Origin: an uncultured Eubacterium sp.
GTDB taxonomy: Bacteria > Bacillota > Clostridia > Oscillospirales > Acutalibacteraceae
Direction: 5' to 3'
NCBI RefSeq assembly: GCF_934561735.1
Contig: NZ_CAKTGT010000007.1
Coordinates: forward strand, 32,208-96,207
Length of the DNA: 64,000 bases
Shown here: positions 10,136 to 17,681 of the stretch, piece after piece
Position numbering within the stretch: the first letter of the stretch is position 1
How the letters are laid out: each line of letters starts with the position of its first letter
The notes under the pieces: model-generated
Told to the model about the DNA's origin: nothing
The model's database searches: none
What the model saw: only the letters and a program-made list of their open reading frames with translations
Position numbers and translations under genes: made by a program

Positions 10136-11371
10136 ATGAAAAAAACAAGCAAACTTTTTGCGATTCTTTTATCGTTCGTTTTGCTCATCACTTCAGCAAT
10201 GCCTGTGTATGCAGATGAAGTTGCAACAAATGATTTGGCAAATGCCGTTGTCACTTTTACCGGAGCAAAAACAAGCTATGAAGCAACCGGAGAACCGATT
10301 GAACCGAGTTATACCGTAACTCTTAACGGAATTCTTCTTACAAAAGATATTGATTATATCGATGAATTTTTCAATAATGTAGATGCAGGAACTGCAAAGC
10401 TTGTAATTACTGCTGTTGACGGTTCTGCTTATCAAGGTACAAAATCGGTTAATTTTACAATTACTGCAAAACCGGAAGAAACTACAACCGTTAAACCGGT
10501 AAAGCCGATAAAGCCTGTTACTGCACCTAATGCTGTAAAATTAAAGGCTTGCTACGGTGCAAAAAACAGAAAAAAACTTGTTGTTGAGTGGAGCAAAGTT
10601 TCGTGCGACGCTTATCAAATTATGTACTCCAAAGACAGTGCGTTTAAATCCGGTGTTAAGTATGTTTTGGTAAAAGGCAAGGATAATATTTCCAAAACCG
10701 TAAATGTTGCAAATAATAGTAAAAAGTATTATGTTCGTGTAAGAGCGTTAAAATATGATGCAAACAACAAGCCTGTATTCGGTGCTTGGTCAAATAAGCT
10801 CAACAGTGCATTTACAAGAACTTATTCAAAGTATTCTTCAAAGTATGTAAATAATAAGGACAGAACCACAAATCTCAAAATTGCATCAAAGGCAATAGAC
10901 GGTACGGTCCTTGCACCGGGTGAAACTTTTTCATTCAATGATGTTGTAGGCAAAAGAACGGCAGGCAAAGGTTATAAAAAGGCTCATGTTTTCAACGGTC
11001 CAAACGCAATGTCAATGGGTATCGGCGGCGGTGTATGCCAAGTAGCTTCTACCGTTTTCAATACCGTTTTGCTTTCCAACCTCAAGATTGTCGAAAGACA
11101 TCAGCACTCTCAAAGAGTATCATATGTTCCTCTCGGCAGGGACGCAGCTATTTATTGGCCTACTCAGGATTTGCAGTTTAAGAATAATACAAACTATCCT
11201 ATAAAGATAAAGATGACTGTTAAAAACGGCGTTATCTCATGTACATTCCTTACAAGTCAAAATGTTAAACCTAAAAAGGTTAAGGTTACCGTTAAACGAA
11301 GCGGTAAAAACTTTACTATGAAACGCTATGCAGGCGGTAAGTGCAATTACACAACAAAGTCATATTATTAA
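10136..11371 (+). CDS. Secreted protein with Ig/FN3-like domains and a C-terminal VanW domain
   Basis: Signal peptide; FN3-like YYVRVRA...GAWS; VanW motifs R..NL.IA, PGETFSFN.VVG, GGGVCQVAST, ERH.HS, G.DAAI, DL.FKNN. Confidence 0.85.
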   Translation: MKKTSKLFAILLSFVLLITSAMPVYADEVATNDLANAVVTFTGAKTSYEATGEPIEPSYTVTLNGILLTKDIDYIDEFFNNVDAGTAKLVITAVDGSAYQGTKSVNFTITAKPEETTTVKPVKPIKPVTAPNAVKLKACYGAKNRKKLVVEWSKVSCDAYQIMYSKDSAFKSGVKYVLVKGKDNISKTVNVANNSKKYYVRVRALKYDANNKPVFGAWSNKLNSAFTRTYSKYSSKYVNNKDRTTNLKIASKAIDGTVLAPGETFSFNDVVGKRTAGKGYKKAHVFNGPNAMSMGIGGGVCQVASTVFNTVLLSNLKIVERHQHSQRVSYVPLGRDAAIYWPTQDLQFKNNTNYPIKIKMTVKNGVISCTFLTSQNVKPKKVKVTVKRSGKNFTMKRYAGGKCNYTTKSYY

Positions 11372-11386
11372 TACTGTCCAAAAAAT

Positions 11387-11416
11387 GACACCTGCCATTG
11401 AATTTTGGCAGGTGTT
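11387..11416. terminator. Stem-loop after the VanW-domain gene
   Basis: GACACCTGCCA...TGGCAGGTGTT; T-tract is weak on the + strand. Confidence 0.55.
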
Positions 11417-11448
11417 GTGTTATTCTATATTAAAAAAGAGGTGACTAT

Positions 11449-12636
11449 ATGCTTACATATATTTTGTTGGGGATTTGTATAGGGCTTTTGATTGTTACGA
11501 TAGCTCTTTTGCTTTCTCAAAGAAAAAACAGCAATTCAGCAAAAACAGAGGAACTAACCCGTCAAATTATCGATACCGTTAACAAACACGATAATACAGC
11601 AAGAATAGAGGAACTTTCCCGCCAGATGAACGACCTTGTGAATAAGAATTACGAGCAGCAGGTCAAGGTTGTTGAAACGCTTAATAATAACAATATCACC
11701 CAAACAAAACTTATTCAAACATCTATTGCTTCTATGCAGGAGAGCAATGAAAAAAAGCTTGAACAAATGCGTGCAACAGTTGACGAAAAGCTCACTTCAA
11801 CACTCAACAAGCGTATTGATTCATCGTTTGAACAGGTGTCAAAGCAGCTCACTTCTGTTTATAAGTCGCTCGGTGAAATGAAAGATTTGTCGGTCGGCGT
11901 AAGCGGTCTTAACCGTATTCTTACAAATGTAAAAACAAGAGGTACTTGGGCAGAACTTCAACTCGGTAATATCCTTGAACAAATTATCCCTAATATGTAC
12001 GAAACAAATGTAAGGACAAACCCTAAATATAACGGTCAGGTGGAATTTGCCGTTAAAATTCCAAATGCCGAAAATGACGAGGTTTGCTGGCTTCCTATAG
12101 ATTCAAAATTTCCTATGGAAGATTATGTTCGCCTCAGCGAAGCGGCTGAACAGGGTAATATCGAAGCCGTAAATGCTGCTCAAAAAGCTCTTGAAGCAAG
12201 AGTAAGAGATGAAGCAAAAGCAATTAAAAATTATATCAGCGAGCCGTTTACAACGCCGTTTGCAATTATGTATCTTGCAACGGAAGGACTTTACGCCGAG
12301 ATAATGAACAGCAAAACGGGGCTTCCCGAAAAACTTCAGGCAATGGGAATATTGGTAGCGGGTCCAAGCACCATCACCGCACTTTTAAATTCCTTGTCGC
12401 TCGGTTTCAGTTCAATCGCCATCAATAAGCGTGCAAATGAAGTCTGGAAGGTTCTCGGCAATGCCAAAAAGCAGTATGATTTGTTCGGCACCCTCCTTGA
12501 AAAAGCTAAGAAAAAGATTGATGAAGCCGGCAAAACCATTGATGACGCAAATCACCGAAACGATATTATTCAAAAGAACTTGAAGTCGGTCAACTCACTT
12601 GATACAGACCCTACGGATATTGAACTTCTCGATTAA
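11449..12636 (+). CDS. rmuC: DNA recombination protein RmuC
   Basis: N-terminal TM, coiled coil, NVKTRGTWAE, LPIDSKFP, FAIMYLATEGLYAE, GPST. Confidence 0.93.
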   Translation: MLTYILLGICIGLLIVTIALLLSQRKNSNSAKTEELTRQIIDTVNKHDNTARIEELSRQMNDLVNKNYEQQVKVVETLNNNNITQTKLIQTSIASMQESNEKKLEQMRATVDEKLTSTLNKRIDSSFEQVSKQLTSVYKSLGEMKDLSVGVSGLNRILTNVKTRGTWAELQLGNILEQIIPNMYETNVRTNPKYNGQVEFAVKIPNAENDEVCWLPIDSKFPMEDYVRLSEAAEQGNIEAVNAAQKALEARVRDEAKAIKNYISEPFTTPFAIMYLATEGLYAEIMNSKTGLPEKLQAMGILVAGPSTITALLNSLSLGFSSIAINKRANEVWKVLGNAKKQYDLFGTLLEKAKKKIDEAGKTIDDANHRNDIIQKNLKSVNSLDTDPTDIELLD

Positions 12637-12642
12637 CGGAGT

Positions 12643-13188
12643 GTGAGTGTTATGCAACAATTCACTAAAAAGGAAATAAAATCGTCAATGCTCCGATTGT
12701 TGCAGTCAAAGCCTCTTGACAGTATTAAGGTCAAGGATATAATTGATGATATCGGCATCAGCCGAAACACATTTTATTATCATTATCACGATATTTATGA
12801 TGTGCTCAAAGATATTTTTGACGATACTATGGCAGAATTTAATAAGCCTAAGCCTGAAAGATTTGATTGGAAAAAGGCTTTTCAAAAAATGTCGGAGAAT
12901 TCCCTTATCAAAAAGAGCATTATAACAAATATTTTCAAGTCAAAATATTCCGACAATATTAAGAATTATGTTACAAATGTTGTCGGTGAAGCTGTTTATA
13001 AGAGGATAAAGGCGGAGCTTGCGGCTCAAAATAAAGTTGTTGACGATTATGATTTAAAAATTTTCACAACATTTTACAAGCACGCTATTACGGGCACATT
13101 TTTTGAATGGGTTCATAACGGAATGAAGGTTCCTCCAAAGGAATTTTTGGAAAAGTTGGGTCAAATATCGAGTAAATATAATTTTTAA
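12643..13188 (+). CDS. TetR/AcrR-family transcriptional regulator
   Basis: HTH I.VKDI....GISRNTFYYHYHDIYD; C-terminal FY...I.G...EW..NGM; start may be ATG 12652. Confidence 0.9.
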   Translation: MSVMQQFTKKEIKSSMLRLLQSKPLDSIKVKDIIDDIGISRNTFYYHYHDIYDVLKDIFDDTMAEFNKPKPERFDWKKAFQKMSENSLIKKSIITNIFKSKYSDNIKNYVTNVVGEAVYKRIKAELAAQNKVVDDYDLKIFTTFYKHAITGTFFEWVHNGMKVPPKEFLEKLGQISSKYNF

Positions 13189-13213
13189 ATTGATTTTTTG
13201 TATTACAAAAGAT

Positions 13214-13249
13214 GAAAAGTGCACAAATATTGTGTACTTTTCTTTTTTT
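13214..13249 (+). terminator. Intrinsic terminator after tetR (may double as an operator)
   Basis: GAAAAGTGCACAA-ata-TTGTGTACTTTTC followed by a T run. Confidence 0.7.
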
Positions 13250-13289
13250 GTCAGTTTATTTTTTGTTTGAAAAATGCTTTAATGTAGTC

Positions 13290-13445
13290 AAAGGGAAGAA
13301 CGCCTAACAATCGGTCGGTTCTTAAGTTAGGATTCAAGCATCTTATAAGTTCTCTTTTCAATGTTTCTCCAAAAAGTTTGTTTTTCTCAAAATTGAGCCG
13401 ACTGTTATCCGGTGCGGATTGTTGTTACAGCAGTTCGTGCCGGAA
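13290..13445 (+). ncRNA. Candidate structured sRNA or long 5' leader
   Basis: 5' hairpin (13296-13323), CU-rich core, and a 17-bp 3' hairpin with 5 G-U pairs (13408-13444) that pairs fully only on the + strand; no known family recognised. Confidence 0.45.
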
Positions 13446-13470
13446 TATATTATAAAAAGGATGTGAGGTT

Positions 13471-14073
13471 GTGAAGTACCTAAAAAATATCAAAGGCATA
13501 TATATTTGCGTATGTATTTTGTTTATGATTATCGGATTAATGCTTGCCGGATTTCCGGAATTCTCAATGGTTGCCGTTTGCTATATAATCGGTATTATGC
13601 TTATTATTCTCGGCACAATCAAAATTTGTGCTTACTTTGCACAGGACAAGTATAATATAGCGTTTCAGTTCGACCTTGCACTCGGTATCTTGTCTGTTAT
13701 AATCGGTGTGTGTACACTTATTCATCTTAATTGGATAATAAATCTTTTACCTATAATTATAGGCATTATGATAATTGTCGACAGTCTGTTTACCTTGCAG
13801 GCATCAATAGATGCCAAACGCTTCGGACTACCTCGCTGGTATTTGCTTCTTATTTTTTCAATAGTATCCGTGGCTCTCGGTCTTGTCCTTGTATTCAAAT
13901 CATTCAAAAGTGCTGTTGTAATAACAATTCTTTACGGGCTCGGCTGTTTCTTCATCGGATTTGAAAAGCTTGTTTCAATTATTTATACAACACAAAGAAT
14001 AAAAAATAAATCAAAACATAATAATTCAATAGATGTAGAGTATTCAATACATAGTGACGAGAATATGGGGTGA
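13471..14073 (+). CDS. HdeD/DUF308-like membrane protein
   Basis: GTG start after AAGGATGTGAGG; six TM helices in the two-repeat DUF308-like pattern. Confidence 0.8.
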   Translation: MKYLKNIKGIYICVCILFMIIGLMLAGFPEFSMVAVCYIIGIMLIILGTIKICAYFAQDKYNIAFQFDLALGILSVIIGVCTLIHLNWIINLLPIIIGIMIIVDSLFTLQASIDAKRFGLPRWYLLLIFSIVSVALGLVLVFKSFKSAVVITILYGLGCFFIGFEKLVSIIYTTQRIKNKSKHNNSIDVEYSIHSDENMG

Positions 14074-14079
14074 TAATTT

Positions 14080-14484
14080 ATGGTAGAATATGTAACCGGA
14101 AATAAAGGTTGCGGCAAAACCAATATGCTCCTGCAAAAGGCAACAGATTTATCAAAAGACGAAAATAAAACCGTAATTTTTATAGATTACAGCAATGATT
14201 TAAAATGTTTTTTGCCACGCAATATCAGATACATCAATTCAAACGATTATGATGTGGTCGGTGCAATTCAGCTTTACGGATTTTTGGCAGGGCTTTGTGC
14301 AAGCAACTTTGATATAACTGATGTATTTGTTGACTGTACGCTTAAAATTATAGGCAACAATAAAACAAGTATGGATGATTTTATGAATCTTATGAGCGAG
14401 GTTTCAACCGCAACGGGTATAGATTTTCATTTTGCTTATTGTGATGAATATTCGCCCGATTTGACAAATGAAACGATAAATTAA
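14080..14484 (+). CDS. Small P-loop-like protein of unknown function
   Basis: N-terminal G-x4-GKT (GNKGCGKT); GFLAGL...NFDITDVFVD; 134 aa. Confidence 0.75.
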   Translation: MVEYVTGNKGCGKTNMLLQKATDLSKDENKTVIFIDYSNDLKCFLPRNIRYINSNDYDVVGAIQLYGFLAGLCASNFDITDVFVDCTLKIIGNNKTSMDDFMNLMSEVSTATGIDFHFAYCDEYSPDLTNETIN

Positions 14485-14519
14485 AGGAGCGTTCAATGCG
14501 AACGCCCCTTAATTTTTTT
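14484..14519. terminator. Terminator between convergent genes
   Basis: GGAGCGTTC-aatgc-GAACGCCCC imperfect stem followed by a T run. Confidence 0.65.
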
Positions 14520-14528
14520 GATATTTAA

Positions 14529-16091
14529 TTATCTCTTAATATCGTCCCACTTAACGCCGTCGATTTGGAACAAATCGTCAAACTTGTAAACGTTTGTTTC
14601 TTCCTTAGTGTGGTTAGGATACCAAACTTGTGCGAAGAATGGGTTTGTTCTTGCGATGTTGTCGTAATCCCACTGCTTCTGAGGAATGTAGCATTCAGGA
14701 CACCAGTGACCGCCAAGAAGAATAAGAGCAGGAGAAGCTTCAAACTCTGCACCGCAGTATCCGCACTTCCACTTGAGCTTTGTAGCCATATCGCCCTTCT
14801 TCATTGTTTCGCTGAGGCATTCGCCGCCACGGAATTTAGCAGCTTGCTTCATATCTTCAATGTCAAGTTCTGACTCAGGCTTTGTTTCATCATAACCGTG
14901 GTCAAGCTTGAATTCGTCTGCATCAGATGTTTTCTTTGCAAACTTTGTGATTTCAAAGTCTTCCCACTTTGTAGGAATCTTTGCCCAGTCCTCATATGTG
15001 CCGTAGTATGCTGAAAGTCTTTCCTGATTTCTTGTAGCAACCCAGTCAAGAGTACCGAAGTCTTTTGTTGTAGCAATCTTCTTCATGAATGGCTTTGCAC
15101 AAGCTGCAACGAGATTCTTTGGAAGATATCTTGGTATTTTGAAGTAGAATTCAACCTGATCTGCAAGTCTGTTGAAGTAATCCTGAACAGGGAGATTCTC
15201 TCTGAAGTGGAGGAATTCTTCAAGCTTGTCACCGTCTGCATAGAATTGACCGTGGAAGTTCTTTGTGATGAACCAGTTAGGGTCAAAGAGCTTTTCAGGG
15301 CCTGCAAGACCGAGAGTGCCAAGAAGGAGGCATTCAAACTCGTAGTTGGAAATTCTGTATTGTTCGCCTGAACCGATGTTGAAGAAATGGTTCCAGAAAT
15401 CAGCACCGAGTGTGCCTTTTTCGTCTTCAAGTACAAGGTTGCACATAAGTCTGCCCGAGTCCTCAACAGTACACCATTCAAGTACACCGTTAATCGGTAC
15501 ATGGAACATAATAGGGTCCATATTCTTGAGAATGTTTGGATAGAGAATACCGCTCTGACGCATTACAACCCAATTCTTGATGCCGCTTTCAACAAATGTG
15601 CGCTCTGCAACAGTCTTTGAAATTGCATAGTGGTCGTAGATAGAAATTTTGATAGGGTCACCGCATCTGCCCCAGTGGATAGGGTAGTTTCTGTCGCCTG
15701 TTTCAGCAACAGTACCGATGTAGCATACCTTAATATCATCAGCGTTCGGTTGAGCCAAAACAGCCTTGCAGATGTTCTGTGCAGCACCGATGTTTGTTTT
15801 TTGTGTTCTGTATGGCTTCCAGTCAGCAGTAGGAGATACCATACCGCCGATATGTAATACATAGTCTGAACCTGTTACGCCTTCGAGGATTGAATCGTAA
15901 TCGCCCAAGTCACCCCATACAACCTGAACATTAGGCTTAGCCATAATACCTTTTAATTTTTCTTCGTTCTTTGGGCTTTTTCTTGCAAGCATCTTGATGT
16001 TGATTTCATTTGGATGCTTAATCATTTCCTGAACTGCAGCCCAACCCATATTACCGGTACCGCCGGTAACGAATACGGTTTTCTTTGCCAT
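14529..16091 (-). CDS. Extended SDR (NAD-dependent epimerase/3beta-HSD superfamily) with C-terminal zinc-ribbon-like domain
   Basis: TGGTGNMG Rossmann motif, YAISK (YxxxK); C-terminal KWKCGYC...HWCPEC; SD AAGGAGG. Confidence 0.85.
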   Translation of the reverse strand: MAKKTVFVTGGTGNMGWAAVQEMIKHPNEINIKMLARKSPKNEEKLKGIMAKPNVQVVWGDLGDYDSILEGVTGSDYVLHIGGMVSPTADWKPYRTQKTNIGAAQNICKAVLAQPNADDIKVCYIGTVAETGDRNYPIHWGRCGDPIKISIYDHYAISKTVAERTFVESGIKNWVVMRQSGILYPNILKNMDPIMFHVPINGVLEWCTVEDSGRLMCNLVLEDEKGTLGADFWNHFFNIGSGEQYRISNYEFECLLLGTLGLAGPEKLFDPNWFITKNFHGQFYADGDKLEEFLHFRENLPVQDYFNRLADQVEFYFKIPRYLPKNLVAACAKPFMKKIATTKDFGTLDWVATRNQERLSAYYGTYEDWAKIPTKWEDFEITKFAKKTSDADEFKLDHGYDETKPESELDIEDMKQAAKFRGGECLSETMKKGDMATKLKWKCGYCGAEFEASPALILLGGHWCPECYIPQKQWDYDNIARTNPFFAQVWYPNHTKEETNVYKFDDLFQIDGVKWDDIKR

Positions 16092-16154
16092 TATTTTTCC
16101 TCCTTAAACAGCAAATTGTACTTATTAACAATAAGCATAAATGTTAACATATTA

Positions 16155-16183
16155 ATTATAAACTATTTCTAAACAAATTACAA
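16155..16183 (-). promoter_or_regulatory. sigmaA-type promoter of the SDR gene
   Basis: TTGTAA-17 bp-TATAAT on the minus strand. Confidence 0.6.
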
Positions 16184-16216
16184 TATAAATTAACAAATAT
16201 TTCAATAAAAATTTTG

Positions 16217-16245
16217 TTGACAATTTATATTCTTTATAGTATCAT
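16217..16245 (+). promoter_or_regulatory. sigmaA-type promoter of metK
   Basis: TTGACA-17 bp-TATCAT just upstream of the riboswitch. Confidence 0.75.
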
Positions 16246-16265
16246 ATGTGTAGTAAAAAGGAATA

Positions 16266-16368
16266 GAGATTATCAAGAGTGGTCGAGGGACTGGCCCTGT
16301 GACACCACAGCAACCTGCATGTTGTAAGGTGCTAATACCTGCGGTAAGATAATACCGAATGATGAATT
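16266..16368 (+). ncRNA. SAM-I (S-box) riboswitch
   Basis: TTATCAAGAG-TGGTCGAGGGACTGGCCCTGTGACACCACAGCAACC...GGTGCTAA...GATGA matches the SAM-I consensus; lies upstream of metK. Confidence 0.95.
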
Positions 16369-16371
16369 ATC

Positions 16372-16399
16372 AGCATACGGTAACCGCCGTGTGCTTTTT
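16372..16399 (+). terminator. Riboswitch-controlled terminator
   Basis: AGCATACGG-taaccg-CCGTGTGCT followed by TTTT, directly after the aptamer. Confidence 0.85.
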
Positions 16400-16452
16400 A
16401 TTTTGTCCTTTTTGCCGAAAAATAAGTAATTATACAGAAAGAGGTAATATAT

Positions 16453-17631
16453 ATGTCACGCTTTTTATTTACAAGCGAATCTGTTACAGAAGGTCATCCT
16501 GACAAAATCTGTGACCAAATTTCAGACGCAATTCTTGATGCTATGATTGAACAGGACCCACAGTCCCGTGTTGCCTGCGAAACAACATGCACAACAGGTC
16601 AGGTTCATGTTATGGGCGAAATCACAACAAAAGCTAATGTTGATATCAACGCTATCGTTCGCAAAACTGTTTGCGAAATCGGATATGACGACAGTGCAAA
16701 GGGATTTGACGGCAACACTTGTGCCGTTATCACTTCTCTTGACAAGCAATCACCTGATATAGCTATGGGTGTTGATAAGTCATTTGAGCTTAAGAATAAT
16801 GAAGAAGATGAGGACAACCTCAACGGTGCCGGCGACCAGGGTATGATGTTTGGTTACGCTTGTAACGAAACCAAGGAACTTATGCCAATGCCTATCTCTC
16901 TTGCTCACAAGCTTGCTCTCAAACTCACAGAGGTTAGAAAGAACGGCACATTGCCTTATCTCCGTGCAGACGGCAAAACTCAGGTTACTGTTGAATATGT
17001 AGACAACAAGCCTGTTCGTGTTACAACAATCGTTGTTTCTTCACAGCACAGTGCCGATGTTTCTCTTGAACAACTCAGAGAAGATATTATCGAAAATGTT
17101 ATCAAAACAACTGTACCTGCCGAACTTATGGATGAGGATACCGTATTTTATGTAAACCCAACAGGCAGATTTGTTATCGGCGGTCCTATGGGCGATTCGG
17201 GTCTTACAGGCAGAAAGATTATTGTTGATACATACGGTGGATACGCCCGTCACGGCGGCGGTGCTTTCTCCGGTAAAGACCCAACAAAGGTTGACCGTTC
17301 AGCAGCTTATGCTTCAAGATGGGTAGCAAAGAATATTGTTGCAGCAGGTCTTGCAGATAAGTGTGAGGTTGAGCTTGCATATGCAATCGGTGTTGCAAAG
17401 CCTGTTTCTGTAATGGTTGACACATTCGGCACAGGCAAAAAGGATGATGACGAAATCAGCGAAATCGTTAATAAGGTATTCGACCTTCGTCCGTCCGCAA
17501 TCATCAAGAACCTTGATTTGAGAAGGCCGATTTACAAGGCAGTTGCCGCTTACGGTCATATGGGCAGAGAAGACCTCAATGTTCCTTGGGAGCAAACAAA
17601 TAAGGTTGACGAAATCAAAAAGTATATGTAA
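16453..17631 (+). CDS. metK: S-adenosylmethionine synthetase
   Basis: [39 protein letters not shown]. Confidence 0.98.
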   Translation: MSRFLFTSESVTEGHPDKICDQISDAILDAMIEQDPQSRVACETTCTTGQVHVMGEITTKANVDINAIVRKTVCEIGYDDSAKGFDGNTCAVITSLDKQSPDIAMGVDKSFELKNNEEDEDNLNGAGDQGMMFGYACNETKELMPMPISLAHKLALKLTEVRKNGTLPYLRADGKTQVTVEYVDNKPVRVTTIVVSSQHSADVSLEQLREDIIENVIKTTVPAELMDEDTVFYVNPTGRFVIGGPMGDSGLTGRKIIVDTYGGYARHGGGAFSGKDPTKVDRSAAYASRWVAKNIVAAGLADKCEVELAYAIGVAKPVSVMVDTFGTGKKDDDEISEIVNKVFDLRPSAIIKNLDLRRPIYKAVAAYGHMGREDLNVPWEQTNKVDEIKKYM

Positions 17632-17647
17632 TTTTACATTATAATAG

Positions 17648-17679
17648 CAAAACGGCTTGAATTCTTTCAAGCCGTTTTG
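17648..17679. terminator. Bidirectional terminator
   Basis: CAAAACGGCTTGAA-ttct-TTCAAGCCGTTTTG perfect stem between convergent genes. Confidence 0.85.
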
Positions 17680-17681
17680 TT

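Noticed and set aside
10136..11371. VanW domain as a sign of vancomycin resistance
   Set aside because: No vanHAX/vanRS cluster is present, and VanW domains are common in unrelated cell-surface proteins.
13251..13361. 36-aa minus-strand ORF (TTG start, GGAG upstream; MKRELIRCLNPNLRTDRLLGVLPFDYIKAFFKQKIN) antisense to the candidate RNA, as a possible type I toxin
   Set aside because: It has no TM segment and no evident promoter, and its SD is simply the complement of the CU-rich motif. Not excluded without ribosome profiling.
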